A stretch of 64,000 nt of DNA. Origin: Candidatus Bathyarchaeota archaeon. Its GTDB lineage: Archaea; Thermoproteota; Bathyarchaeia; Bathyarchaeales; Bathycorpusculaceae. Within the stretch, counting starts at the first letter, position 1, and each line of letters begins with the position of its first letter. Under the pieces are notes generated by a model, which had not been told where the DNA came from, made no database searches, and saw nothing but the letters and a program-made list of their open reading frames with translations. The stretch covers positions 2,720,001-2,784,000 of the forward strand of contig OY969706.1 of NCBI GenBank assembly GCA_963702095.1, given 5' to 3'. Below are positions 29,183 through 39,386 of this stretch, in pieces. The position numbers were made by a program, and so were the translations under genes.

Positions 29183-31603
29183 TTACCATTCCCAGTCTTG
29201 AACCGGCTTCTTCATAGGTTTGCCCATTGCCAATGCCGCTTGCTCCGCGAGGCGTTCAAGGATAATTTTCTGTTCAACTTGGGCGACGTTTCGGCGTGTG
29301 GTGAATACTGCGTCATTGTTGACTGAAATGCTGTCGATGCCTGCTCTGACGAGGAACTCTGCGAAATCCGGCAGGTTGCTGGGGCCTTCACCGCAGATGC
29401 TGACTGTAACTCCGTTTTCGTGGGCGACTTGGATCAGGTGGGCGATGATGCGTTTGACTGCTGGGTCGCGTTCGTCGAAGTATCCCATTTGGCCGAGGCG
29501 TTCAGAGTCACGGTCAATCATGAGTACGCCCTGTGTCATGTCGTTTGAGCCTATGCTGAACCCGTCAACGAGTTTGCTGAATTCGTCTGCCATGATGGCG
29601 ATTGCAGGTGTTTCAGCCATGAACCAGATTTTGAAGTCTTTGCTGCGTTCTAAGCCTTCGTCTTTCATGATTTGCAGCACAGCTTTTGCTTCCCAGAGGG
29701 TGCGAACCATCGGGAGCATGACGTAGACGTTTTTGAGGCCCCATTCACTGCGGCATTTCTTGATGGCTTGACATTCCAATCTGAAGGCTTTATCGTACCA
29801 TCTGCTGATGTAGCGGCTGCATCCTCTCCAACCCAACATGGGGTTCTCTTCTACGATTTCGTATTTGTCGCCGCCTTTGAGGTTACGGTACTCGTTGGTT
29901 TTGAAGTCGCTAAGGCGGACAACGACAGGTTTAGGCTGGATTGCTCTTGCAACTACGGCAACTGCATCGGCGAATTTGTCGACGAATTCTTGGCCTTTTC
30001 CTTCCTCGACAAACGCCATCGGGTGCTTGCCAATTGTGCTTGCCAAGATGAATTCGGTGCGCATAAGACCTATGCCTTCAAACGGCAGGTTCTTGTATTG
30101 CTCAATCATCTCGGGGGTACCGAGGTTCATGTAGATTTTTGTTGCAGTAACTGGGGCTGATTCTGCTACAACCACTGATTTGCCGCCGTCTTGACTGATT
30201 GCGGGTGCAACTGCCTGCGGCATGATCCCCTCATAAATAACGCCGTTTCTGGAGTCAACGGTGTAATCTACGCCTGTCTGCATGACTTGAGTGGCGGTTT
30301 CTGTGCCTACGACACAGGGGATGTTGAGTTCGCGGCTGACGATGGCTGCGTGGCTGGTGATGCCGCCTTTATCAGTGACTATAGCAGACGCCATCTTCAT
30401 AAATGGGACAAAGTCTGGGTCCGTCATGGCGGTGACGAGAACGTCTCCTTTCTGCATAAATTTGTTTGCCTCGTCGAGGTTGAGGACAACTTTGGCTTTG
30501 CCCACGCCGTATCCTCTTCTGCCAGCGGAGATTCCGCGGACAACAATTTTTAGTGCTTCAGCTTTTCCTTCTTCCATTTTTGACCCCTCAGTGAGTTTTG
30601 AGCCGAAAACCGTTTCTGGACGAGCCTGAACAAGCATCATGTTTTCGGGATAAGATAAGTCTTGGTCGATTGCCCATTCAATATCCATGGGTTTGCCATA
30701 GTGTTTCTCGATGCGTTTAGCAAGGTTTGCTAAAAACTGGATTTCAGTGTCGGTTACGCAGACAAGTTTCTGTTCTACTTCAGGGATATCTTGATGGATG
30801 GTTTTGCCGGTTTTGAGGTCGCGGATATAGCGGACAGTTTTACGGGCGATGCGACGATCCTTAATCATGGTAGAGCCTTTGTCGACGACAAAATCGTCAG
30901 GGTTCACTGCGCCTGAAACGACTGTTTCTCCGAGGCCAAAGTTGCCTTCAATTACGATTTCATCCCGGTTGCCTGTAACAGGGTTAATTGTGAACATGAC
31001 GCCTGCACAGCGGCTGTTAACCATTTTCTGGACGCCGACGCTTATGAAAACCTTCTCGTGCGGGAATCCTTTCTCGTTGCGGTAGAAGATTGCTCTTGGC
31101 GTGAAGAGGCTGCTCCAGCATTTGACAACTTTCTCGATTAAGTCGTCGGCGCCTTTCACGTTTAGAAAAGTTTCCTGTTGACCCGCAAACGACGCGTCTG
31201 GGAGGTCTTCGGCAGTGGCACTTGAGCGGACTGCAACAAAAGTGTCTTTTAGTTCGAAGCGTTTGTTGAGGTCGGCGTAGGAGTTGCGTATGGCGACTTC
31301 GATGTCTTTGGGCATCGGAGTCTTCCCCATGAGCTCGCGGATCTTTTTGGACGCTACATCGTATTGTTTGGGGTCGTTTGGGTTAGTTACGGTTTCTTTT
31401 ATGATTGCGTAGATTTGTTCGGCGATTTTTTTCTCAACAATGTAGCGTTCATAGGAATATGCGGTTACCGCAAAACCAAAAGGAACGGGTAAACCCGCAT
31501 GGATCATTTCTCCAAGGCTGGCGTTCTTGCCGCCAACAATGGATACATCAGTATTTCTAAGATTATCAAACCATAAAACAAGTGCTTTCTCTTTCACACT
31601 CAA
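29183..31603 (-). CDS. ppsA: Phosphoenolpyruvate synthase
   Basis: VGGKNASLGEM, AVRSSATAED, GGITSHAAIVSRE, NPMLGWRG, SIGSND. Confidence 0.97.
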   Translation of the reverse strand: MSVKEKALVLWFDNLRNTDVSIVGGKNASLGEMIHAGLPVPFGFAVTAYSYERYIVEKKIAEQIYAIIKETVTNPNDPKQYDVASKKIRELMGKTPMPKDIEVAIRNSYADLNKRFELKDTFVAVRSSATAEDLPDASFAGQQETFLNVKGADDLIEKVVKCWSSLFTPRAIFYRNEKGFPHEKVFISVGVQKMVNSRCAGVMFTINPVTGNRDEIVIEGNFGLGETVVSGAVNPDDFVVDKGSTMIKDRRIARKTVRYIRDLKTGKTIHQDIPEVEQKLVCVTDTEIQFLANLAKRIEKHYGKPMDIEWAIDQDLSYPENMMLVQARPETVFGSKLTEGSKMEEGKAEALKIVVRGISAGRRGYGVGKAKVVLNLDEANKFMQKGDVLVTAMTDPDFVPFMKMASAIVTDKGGITSHAAIVSRELNIPCVVGTETATQVMQTGVDYTVDSRNGVIYEGIMPQAVAPAISQDGGKSVVVAESAPVTATKIYMNLGTPEMIEQYKNLPFEGIGLMRTEFILASTIGKHPMAFVEEGKGQEFVDKFADAVAVVARAIQPKPVVVRLSDFKTNEYRNLKGGDKYEIVEENPMLGWRGCSRYISRWYDKAFRLECQAIKKCRSEWGLKNVYVMLPMVRTLWEAKAVLQIMKDEGLERSKDFKIWFMAETPAIAIMADEFSKLVDGFSIGSNDMTQGVLMIDRDSERLGQMGYFDERDPAVKRIIAHLIQVAHENGVTVSICGEGPSNLPDFAEFLVRAGIDSISVNNDAVFTTRRNVAQVEQKIILERLAEQAALAMGKPMKKPVQDWEW

Positions 31604-32142
31604 AATGTCTCCGTCTCCGGTTGAGCCTCTTCGGTCTTACTAGGAGATGCTTCAATCTTAGAGATAACTATTTTGCAGTGGATTGGAAGTTTTGCACTGC
31701 CTCTTTTGAGGGCTACTTTGGCGGTTTCAACAGCCGCTGCTTTAACCTTGACAGTGATGATGGGTTGCCCCACCTCCACTTTTGCGGCTGTTCCAATCGC
31801 GGTGCCGAAGCTGCGTCTCATGCCCTGTTGGAGACGGTCTGCGTGAGCGCCGAAAATCATCTTGTTTTCTCTCAGAATGATGTGTGGGTATGGGTGAACG
31901 ATCATGTAGTAATCGTTTATGAGTTTATCCATTAAGATACGGTTGGTTGCTACACGTGCTGCTTCCAGTGCGCTGTGGCGAATTTGAACTCGCTCAGTAG
32001 CGATAAGTTGCCCTTCAACCTCAAATTGTGCTCTGGTGTCGCCCATTGTAAACTTTACAATCTTTGGCGGCGGAAAGCCTCTTGCATACTCTTTTCTGGT
32101 GTAAGCACGGTTTTTTACGTGTCTATAGTTTCTTGCGTGCAT
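31600..32142 (-). CDS. rpl10e: 50S ribosomal protein L10e (uL16)
   Basis: YTRKEY, ALEAAR, LRENKM..GA.ADR.Q.GMR. Confidence 0.96.
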   Translation of the reverse strand: MHARNYRHVKNRAYTRKEYARGFPPPKIVKFTMGDTRAQFEVEGQLIATERVQIRHSALEAARVATNRILMDKLINDYYMIVHPYPHIILRENKMIFGAHADRLQQGMRRSFGTAIGTAAKVEVGQPIITVKVKAAAVETAKVALKRGSAKLPIHCKIVISKIEASPSKTEEAQPETETF

Positions 32143-32312
32143 GCAACGTCACTTTGGTAAGCATACTGCATGTTCAGCAATATTTAAACGATTTGTAAAT
32201 ATTCGAGCATGCGTCCGTGCATTTTTTACTTTCTAACTATTTACTTAAAACCGCAAATACCAGCCCCTGCCACTCATCTGCTTATATAGTTAGTTTACTT
32301 TTCTTCTCGCAA

Positions 32313-33626
32313 ATGCCAACATACCTATTTGTTTCGGGTAAAAACTGGATACTATCGCTAGCGGAGCTCACTGCATACTTCAAGGCAAGAGCAGTGGAGT
32401 TCAAGATTGACTACTTCTCAACCGAATTCTTCACCCTAACATTCCCAGAAGAAATCGACGCCAAAACCATCGACGACTTGGGCGGAACCATAAAAATCGC
32501 ACAAGTAAAAACAATACTATCCACAGAAAAAATAAAAGAAGCCTTCCTTGAAAAAAACAAGCCATCCCAAAAACAGATATCCCAAACCATCACCACAAGC
32601 AACGCATTAGAGGGCATGACAAAGGCAGAAGAAAAACTGCTCTTCGGCATAAGCATCTACACAAGCGACAACGCAATAAAACCGTTAGGCGGCAGAATTC
32701 AACGGTTTATCGGCAGCGCCATCAAAGACGAACTGGCAGCACAGGGCAAAAAATCAGGTTTCATGGGCACAGGCGAAGACCGCGGCGAAGCGCAACTCAG
32801 CCATGTGGAAGTGCTCAAGAAGAACTTTGTTGAAAACCAGGCTGAAGTGCTCCTATGCGTCGGCAAAACCCAAACATGGGTCGCCAACACAGTAGCCGTC
32901 CATAACCCTTTTGAATTTCAAAAAAGAGATGTTTACAAACCCAATCAGCGGGCGATTTTTGGCATGTCCCCTCGGCTAGCGCGCCTAATGGTTAACCTGT
33001 CGGCCTGCACTTCGCAGAAAACTTTGCTGGACGCCTTCTGCGGCGTCGGCACCATCCTCCAAGAAGCCCTCCTTGAGCATGCAGCAGTTGTGGGAGTGGA
33101 CGTTAATCCATGGTGTGTTAAGGCAGCTGAAGAGAATCTTGAGTGGCTATCACAAGAGTATGACATTTCCGGCGCAGAATTCCGGGTTTTGCAGGGCAAC
33201 GTAGAATTGCTAGCCGCAAAAGTCGGAGTAGAAAGCGTCGACTGCGTCGTGTCCGAACCCGACTTGGGTCCAGCGCTCCGCGAGACGCCGACGGGTCCTT
33301 ATGCGCAAAAGATTATTGAAAAGTTGGAGCCACTGTTTTTTGAGTTCATAGAAGAAGCCTACCAAGTGCTCAAGCCAAACGGGCGGCTAGTTGTGGCTAC
33401 CCCATTCATACGTACTCGGTCCCGAGATGCTGTGACAATGTCCATCGACGAGAAACTCCGAGAAGTCGGTTTCAAACGTGTTTACCCCTTCACCGACGAC
33501 ATGTTCAGCCCAGAAGCGCCCGAGCATGGACGCCTCATGGGGGCACCAGCGCTGGTGGAGACGGATGAACGCCACAAAATCGGCAGAGAAATCCACATCC
33601 TCCAAAAGCAGCCGCCATCTCTTTAG
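32313..33626 (+). CDS. Trm11-like RNA methyltransferase
   Basis: PRLARLMVNL, LDAFCGVGTI, EPDLG; start placed at ATG 32313. Confidence 0.75.
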   Translation: MPTYLFVSGKNWILSLAELTAYFKARAVEFKIDYFSTEFFTLTFPEEIDAKTIDDLGGTIKIAQVKTILSTEKIKEAFLEKNKPSQKQISQTITTSNALEGMTKAEEKLLFGISIYTSDNAIKPLGGRIQRFIGSAIKDELAAQGKKSGFMGTGEDRGEAQLSHVEVLKKNFVENQAEVLLCVGKTQTWVANTVAVHNPFEFQKRDVYKPNQRAIFGMSPRLARLMVNLSACTSQKTLLDAFCGVGTILQEALLEHAAVVGVDVNPWCVKAAEENLEWLSQEYDISGAEFRVLQGNVELLAAKVGVESVDCVVSEPDLGPALRETPTGPYAQKIIEKLEPLFFEFIEEAYQVLKPNGRLVVATPFIRTRSRDAVTMSIDEKLREVGFKRVYPFTDDMFSPEAPEHGRLMGAPALVETDERHKIGREIHILQKQPPSL

Positions 33627-33677
33627 AAACAATTTATTAAGCCCTAGTAATTTCTTCTAAATCTTGAGGCACCCTAA

Positions 33678-34169
33678 ATGGCAGTTAAAAGCAGCAATAG
33701 ACCCAACTGGGACCGATACTTCCTTAACATGTGTGAAGCCGTGGCTGCACGGGCAACCTGCGACCGAGGCAAATGCGGAGCAGTCATCGTTAAAGACAAA
33801 CGCATCATGACCACAGGCTACGTCGGCGCACCTGCTGGGCTACCGCATTGCGACGAAGTCGGACATGACATGCGCCAAATCACCAACGGCAACGGCGAAG
33901 TCAGCCAACACTGCGTCCGAACCCTCCACGCCGAACAAAACGCCATCCTCCAAGCCGCCAGATTTGGGATACCCCTTGAAGGCTCCACCCTATTTTGCAA
34001 AATGACGCCTTGCCGCACATGCGCCATGATGATCATCAACGCTGGCATCAAACGGGTTGTCTGCGAGAGACGTTACCATGCCGACGCCGACACGATTGAA
34101 ATGTTTAAGCAAGCCGGAATAGAACTCTGCATCTTAAACGGTGAAGTCGTCAAATACGACAAACAATAG
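33678..34169 (+). CDS. dCMP deaminase (ComEB family)
   Basis: RP.WD.YF, HAEQNA, PCRTC. Confidence 0.92.
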   Translation: MAVKSSNRPNWDRYFLNMCEAVAARATCDRGKCGAVIVKDKRIMTTGYVGAPAGLPHCDEVGHDMRQITNGNGEVSQHCVRTLHAEQNAILQAARFGIPLEGSTLFCKMTPCRTCAMMIINAGIKRVVCERRYHADADTIEMFKQAGIELCILNGEVVKYDKQ

Positions 34170-34174
34170 TTAAT

Positions 34175-35938
34175 CTAAATTGTTTTACGTCGTCTCTCAT
34201 GGGTAACAGCTACTAACACAGCAACAACTATTCCCACCACAACTGCGGCAACAGCCACCCCGACGATTATCTGCGTTAAACTGATCTGCTGCTGCCCCTG
34301 TGACATTTCAGGCGTCGCTGTTGCGCTCGGCAAATTTGCGGTAAAGACTATTGATATTTGATGGCTACTGAAATGCGCCGTGTACCAAACGTAGTAGTTA
34401 ACAGCGTCTTGGCTGTAATCCTGCGGTTGGACTGGTTGACCATCGCTTAAAACTGTGATAGAGTCGCCGTAGGGGATTGCTGTTTTTGGGATTGTAATGT
34501 TGCTAAACCCTGTGGTTCCACTTGGGCCGGTTAAGGCGAAGGTTAACTGGGTGGTTTGGGCTGATTGGTTTGTGGCTATTTGGGCGTTTGATATCTGTGA
34601 AGCAGTTATGTTTCCAGAGGTTATCAGTTCCAATGCTGTTCCTGTGTCTGTGGTCACTTGTATGGTTGTAGATGGCGGCGATGTAGGTTTGGGGGTCGGC
34701 GCTAGCGTTGGATTAGGAGATGACCCTTGCGTAGGCGCACTTGTAGGGGAGGTTGTTGGAGTTGGAGAAGGGCTCGGTCTAGGGGTGGGTGCAGGCGCGT
34801 CGGGGGAACCGATAAATGCGTAAAGCTTCTCAAATGAAGCGGCGTAGACTATGCCGTTTGCAATGGCAGGCGATGTGCCAACATGCATTCCTGTGTCATA
34901 GCTCCAAATCATCCACCCGTCGTTAGCATCTAAACAATAAGTCTTGTTATCCATCGACCCAATGTAGACTTTGCCGTCGGCAACAGCGGGAGCAGACCCC
35001 ATAATTTCGCCACTGGTGGTATAGATCCAGACCACCTGGCCCGTTCCTGCGTCTAGACAGTATGTTTTGTGGTCATACGAACCAAAGTAAACCTTACCGT
35101 TTGCCAATGCAGCCGCTCCCGAAATTCTGCCGCCAGTACCTCGGCTCCATAGAAAAGACCCTGTAGAGGCATCTAAACAATAAAAGTAGCTGTCGGCTGA
35201 TCCAATGTAGATTTTTCCGTTTGAGATAGTGGGTGAATTATCCACAAAAAGACCAGTTCTAAAACTCCATATCTGTGCACCGTTGCTAGCATTTAATGCA
35301 TAGAAGGTGTAATCATGCGATCCAAAGTAGACGATTCCGTTTGCAACGACAGGGGAGGACCAAACAAAGCTTCCGGTTGTGTAATTCCAAATCAGGTTTC
35401 CGGTGGCTGCGTCCAAGCAGTACATGTTACAATCAGGTGAACCTATGTATACCCTATCGTTGGCAACAGCCGGACATGCCTCTATTATGCCTCCGCCTGT
35501 GGTATAGTTCCATATCAAATCACCGTTGGAAGAATTAAAGCAGTAGACATCAGTCAATAATCCAATGTATAACCTATCATTAAGAATGGTAGGGATAGAA
35601 CCTTCCATACCATTTGATTTATTCGTATTAATTATCCAAACAGGAGCGCCCGTGAAGGCATCAAAGCAGTAAAGCAACCCTGTTATTGACCCAATGAAGA
35701 CACGCCCATTCACCACGACTGGGCTTGAGTAAGCATTATTCGTAGTGTAATTCCACAGGGTAACGTTTGTGTAGGGTGCGTTTGAACTTGAATATCCCGA
35801 ATGAGCCGCATCATGCTGAAGGGTAGGCCAATCATCGTTTACTTCGGTGCCATCCACCCCAAAATCAAAGACAAATAGCGTTGCAGCTGCGACCAGAAAA
35901 ATAAGCGCAGAAACATAAATCGAGTTATACATTTTCAT
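34175..35938 (-). CDS. Secreted PQQ-like beta-propeller protein with Pro/Thr linker and C-terminal TM
   Basis: Signal peptide, repeated SSP.V..G.VY.GS.D..YCLDA.TG..W, PTP linker, HFSSH, TM plus RRRK. Confidence 0.9.
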   Translation of the reverse strand: MKMYNSIYVSALIFLVAAATLFVFDFGVDGTEVNDDWPTLQHDAAHSGYSSSNAPYTNVTLWNYTTNNAYSSPVVVNGRVFIGSITGLLYCFDAFTGAPVWIINTNKSNGMEGSIPTILNDRLYIGLLTDVYCFNSSNGDLIWNYTTGGGIIEACPAVANDRVYIGSPDCNMYCLDAATGNLIWNYTTGSFVWSSPVVANGIVYFGSHDYTFYALNASNGAQIWSFRTGLFVDNSPTISNGKIYIGSADSYFYCLDASTGSFLWSRGTGGRISGAAALANGKVYFGSYDHKTYCLDAGTGQVVWIYTTSGEIMGSAPAVADGKVYIGSMDNKTYCLDANDGWMIWSYDTGMHVGTSPAIANGIVYAASFEKLYAFIGSPDAPAPTPRPSPSPTPTTSPTSAPTQGSSPNPTLAPTPKPTSPPSTTIQVTTDTGTALELITSGNITASQISNAQIATNQSAQTTQLTFALTGPSGTTGFSNITIPKTAIPYGDSITVLSDGQPVQPQDYSQDAVNYYVWYTAHFSSHQISIVFTANLPSATATPEMSQGQQQISLTQIIVGVAVAAVVVGIVVAVLVAVTHERRRKTI

Positions 35939-36078
35939 AGTGCTCTACTGCCTTAAGTCATTTTTATTCTATGGGGATAAGCTTTCTTGTCAAGGTTTCT
36001 TGACTTAAGGCAAAGGGAGTTCTTGTGCTCAGCTAAGAAGCTCTCCCCTCTTTGCCAGTAGTTCAGGGTTCTTTGGTT

Positions 36079-36232
36079 CTGCTTGTGGTTTGCGCCTCAA
36101 TCAACCTGCAACCCATCTCTGTTGCAGAACGCAAAACACAGCCGTTCACCAAGCCCCTAAGAAGATGATGAGCAAGGGCGGCACTCTCTTCTTCTAATAT
36201 AGAAAAAACAAAAAAGCCCAAATTTGAGCTAC
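36079..36232 (+). repeat. Dispersed element, GAA-type palindrome copy
   Basis: CTGCTTGTGGTTTG ... GAAGATGATGAGCAAGGGCGGCACTCTCTTCTTCTAATATAGAAAAAA. Confidence 0.88.
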
Positions 36233-36280
36233 TGTTAAAGGCGCAAACCTTATTTCAAGGAGGCAAGGCTACATCGAAAA

Positions 36281-36610
36281 CTACTTTCCAGCCGGAACAA
36301 CAATCCACTTAACGTTGTCAAAGCCGTATTTGGTTATCAATGGGTCAAGAAAATCAGGCGCCAAGTTGTCGTCGATCTCCGCCATAACCACTGTGTCGCC
36401 GATCCTGTACACGATACCGATTTCTGTTAGGTCTTTTAGGGCGGCGTATTTGCCTCTGATCTCCCAGTACCCTGGCTCGTCTCTGCCAGCCTGCATGATC
36501 CATGAGTACTTGTCTTCGGGGTGTTTGCCCTCGGTGTAGTTGAAGGCGCACACAATGTCTCCGACGGCTTTGGGGTCGTCGGTTGTTTTAACATAAAACC
36601 ACATAGTCAT
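36281..36610 (-). CDS. Hypothetical protein
   Basis: 109-aa ORF co-oriented downstream of the hemK2-like gene; no recognised motif. Confidence 0.6.
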   Translation of the reverse strand: MTMWFYVKTTDDPKAVGDIVCAFNYTEGKHPEDKYSWIMQAGRDEPGYWEIRGKYAALKDLTEIGIVYRIGDTVVMAEIDDNLAPDFLDPLITKYGFDNVKWIVVPAGK

Positions 36611-36645
36611 AAGTTACCACTGAAGAATAAGTGGGCGTTTATGCC

Positions 36646-37281
36646 TTAAAGCATTTCTTTATGTTCTGGGCGTTTGGCTTCTATTAGGGTCAGGGTTTCA
36701 AAGAAAGCCAGCTTCTGTTCTGCGGCAACATGCGCATCGAATCCCTGCTCGGCGAAGCCACGGAGGGTTTCCTGCACGCCGGTTAAGGTGGACTGCATCA
36801 ACAGGACCCTGCCCGCCGGCTTGAGGTAAGCCGGAACCTGCGTGATAAAGCAGTCGACCACCTGCCGCCCATCTGCGCCGCCTGCCCACGAACGCCCAAT
36901 CCAAGACGCCTCCTCACCCGACTCCGAAGGCAAATAAGGCGCGTTAAAGAGAACCACATCAAACCCTACTCCAACCCTAAAAGGAGCAAACAAGTTGCAT
37001 TGAACGAAATCGATTCTATTATTCACACCGTTTAGTTTGGCGTTCTCTTTGGCGCATCGAACAGCATACGGGTTCAAATCAACCGCCACCACTCGACTAG
37101 CCTTGTTCGCTACTAAAACCGCCAAGATGCCGCTGCCAGTGCCCAAATCCAACACTGCCTCGCCAGCCCCTACCTTGAGGTTTTCCGCGAAAAGAAACGA
37201 ATCCTCCGCAGGCTCATACACATCATCGTTCACGTCGAAAACAAAGCCGTCGAAGTGGACACGTTTAGTTGGGGAGGGCAT
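36646..37281 (-). CDS. HemK2/Mtq2-family protein methyltransferase
   Basis: VYEPAEDSFL, LDLGTGSG, FNAPYLP, WAGG.DGR; start ATG 37281. Confidence 0.9.
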   Translation of the reverse strand: MPSPTKRVHFDGFVFDVNDDVYEPAEDSFLFAENLKVGAGEAVLDLGTGSGILAVLVANKASRVVAVDLNPYAVRCAKENAKLNGVNNRIDFVQCNLFAPFRVGVGFDVVLFNAPYLPSESGEEASWIGRSWAGGADGRQVVDCFITQVPAYLKPAGRVLLMQSTLTGVQETLRGFAEQGFDAHVAAEQKLAFFETLTLIEAKRPEHKEML

Positions 37282-38083
37282 CTGCGATTGCTCCGAATTC
37301 TTGTGGCGCCAACTCTCGTGGGCGCTTATCATGGAAGGGCATTTGATAAGATATTTTTTCTGCGTCCTGTTTGTTAAGTTTAAAGGTGCTTTTTAGGAAG
37401 GGCGTAAGGGCTTTGGCGAGTTTTTTGTTGCGTTGTGTAAAGAGCCACTTCGTTAGCCGCATGAATTGAGCGGGGTCTTTTACTTCAAAGGGTTTTTTTG
37501 CCCATGGTTTGAGACAGAGGATTATTGAGTCGACTTCAGGCTCCGGATAGAACATATCTTTTGGCACTTCGTCTAGCAGGTGGGCTTCTGCCTGTTGCTG
37601 GGCGACCACGGTTAACCAGCCGTATCCTTCGCTGCCTACCACTGCAACAAGGCGCTGTGCGAATTCTTTCTGTACAATCAACACCGCCCAATCCACCCTG
37701 CGCGTAAGCAGCCACACAACCAAGTCAGAGGACAAATAGTACGGGGGAATCGCGATTGCCTTGTTGAAAGTCGGCAACTCCACCTTAAGCACATCCCCCT
37801 CAATGACAACCACATTTTGGGTATCATTGAATTCTTCACGCAAAACCTCAGCTAGCTGCGGATCCTTCTCCACAGCAACAACACCACGGCATTTGCCTGA
37901 GAGGTAACGTGTTAGCAAGCCGAAACCTGCGCCCGCATCCAAAACTACGTCCGACCCCTGCAGGTCAGCGTAGGTGCAGAGTTTAGGGTAGAGGGCTGGT
38001 TCAACCATGAAGTTTTGGCCTAAAAGCTTGTTTGGGCTTACGTGATGAGCCAGTAGCAACTGCTGGATTTGCCGAAGACTCAT
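37265..38083 (-). CDS. rsmA: 16S rRNA dimethyladenosine transferase
   Basis: LGQNF, VEKD, QKEFA.RL, F.P.PEVDS, FTQRNK. Confidence 0.93.
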   Translation of the reverse strand: MSLRQIQQLLLAHHVSPNKLLGQNFMVEPALYPKLCTYADLQGSDVVLDAGAGFGLLTRYLSGKCRGVVAVEKDPQLAEVLREEFNDTQNVVVIEGDVLKVELPTFNKAIAIPPYYLSSDLVVWLLTRRVDWAVLIVQKEFAQRLVAVVGSEGYGWLTVVAQQQAEAHLLDEVPKDMFYPEPEVDSIILCLKPWAKKPFEVKDPAQFMRLTKWLFTQRNKKLAKALTPFLKSTFKLNKQDAEKISYQMPFHDKRPRELAPQEFGAIADALPN

Positions 38084-38093
38084 CGCTTATGCC

Positions 38094-38681
38094 TTACTGA
38101 TTTCGGGTGAACAAGCGGTACTTGCTGTCGCCTTCAAGCTCCTCCATGACGCGTTTGGTTATAAGCTTAACAGGGTTGGGCAGCTCAGTGCGTTTCTGGA
38201 GGTCTTCGAAGCTTTCGAAAGGTTTGCGTTGGCGTTCATTGATGACTTGCCACATGTACTTTTTGCCGATGCCAGGCACCAGTTCGAGAGCGTGCATACG
38301 GGGCGTTATGGCGCGTGCGGTATTGAAAAAGTTAACGAACCATTTCTCGCGGTTCTGCACAATCTTACCGATGACGCTGGGCAACTCGGCTCTGGCTGCG
38401 GCGGTTAATTCTTCGTAGCCAATGCGGCCGATGATGTAGGTGACTTCTGAGCGGCTGTCTTTTCCCACATAGACTTTGTCGCTTGGTTTAAGCATCAAGC
38501 CTTCTTTGACAAGCGCTTCTAAGAGGGTGAAGAATTCTTCGCCTACACATTGAATAAGGGCGCCTGCTCTGTAACCAGCTCGGCCCGTGGGGCGTACGCC
38601 TGGTTTGCCATGTGGCAGAAAGTCTAGTACGTAAGCGTTCTCTTCATACCGTTTTTCCATAATCGCCAACTCTTGAGTCAC
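38094..38681 (-). CDS. DUF655 family putative RNA-binding protein
   Basis: YVLDFLPHG, FTLLE, TPRMH.LEL.PGIGKK. Confidence 0.9.
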   Translation of the reverse strand: MTQELAIMEKRYEENAYVLDFLPHGKPGVRPTGRAGYRAGALIQCVGEEFFTLLEALVKEGLMLKPSDKVYVGKDSRSEVTYIIGRIGYEELTAAARAELPSVIGKIVQNREKWFVNFFNTARAITPRMHALELVPGIGKKYMWQVINERQRKPFESFEDLQKRTELPNPVKLITKRVMEELEGDSKYRLFTRNQ

Positions 38682-38727
38682 CTAGTGTATTCTCGCTAAC
38701 TACTTAAAAATACTTTAGCTGTTTCGC

Positions 38728-39066
38728 CTACTTGAGGAGCCTATTCTCGTTTAAAAGGTTGACGATTTGACTAAGTTTTTGGGTTTCGATGATTTTTTTG
38801 CCGCCTGCCAGGAAAACACGCAGTTCATCCACGGTTTCGGGGAGGCAGTTTATGATTTGGACGGCTTCTGCTTCGTCGAGTTCGTATTCTTTAACAAGAG
38901 TTTGCAAGAGCTCTTCAGCCTTTGCGGGGTCGACTTTGCTGAATTTGCTGACGTAGTCGAGGGTGCGGCGTTGGAACTGGTCAAGGTTTTCTTCACCTAT
39001 GGTTTCGAGTACTTTTTTGACTTGTGGTAGTGTTAGGCGGTTTTCGCTTACTTCTCTCTTGCTCAT
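38728..39066 (-). CDS. rpoF: RNA polymerase subunit F (Rpo4)
   Basis: Q.RTLDY..KF, I.NC.P.T.DELR; synteny rpl21e-rpoF-DUF655. Confidence 0.9.
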   Translation of the reverse strand: MSKREVSENRLTLPQVKKVLETIGEENLDQFQRRTLDYVSKFSKVDPAKAEELLQTLVKEYELDEAEAVQIINCLPETVDELRVFLAGGKKIIETQKLSQIVNLLNENRLLK

Positions 39067-39076
39067 ATTGACTCAC

Positions 39077-39373
39077 TTACTGACCCGTGTATGGTTCGAG
39101 ATGTTCAGAGCGGGTAATTATGGTTTTCCTCATTTCACCCTGAGGAACACTGATAACGTAGCCTCTGCCCCGTTTCTCTATGATTTGGCCTATTTTACCG
39201 TGGAAACGTTTGTGAGGCATACTCTTCTGTGTGCTAGAATCCATCTTTATGATTACTTGGTCTCCCGCGTTGTATACGTGGAGTATCTTGCTGATTTTGG
39301 GTTTTCCTCTTGCGCGGGTTGGCTTGCGCAGTAGACTGCGTGTGCCACTGTAGTAGCCTTTTGAACCTCTCAT
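39077..39373 (-). CDS. rpl21e: 50S ribosomal protein L21e
   Basis: SKGY...TR, MPHKRFHGK.G, EHL. Confidence 0.96.
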   Translation of the reverse strand: MRGSKGYYSGTRSLLRKPTRARGKPKISKILHVYNAGDQVIIKMDSSTQKSMPHKRFHGKIGQIIEKRGRGYVISVPQGEMRKTIITRSEHLEPYTGQ

Positions 39374-39386
39374 CTAATTTTCACCT

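Noticed and set aside
34670-34810. Repetitive G-rich stretch
   Set aside because: Encodes the Pro/Thr/Ser linker of the surface protein.
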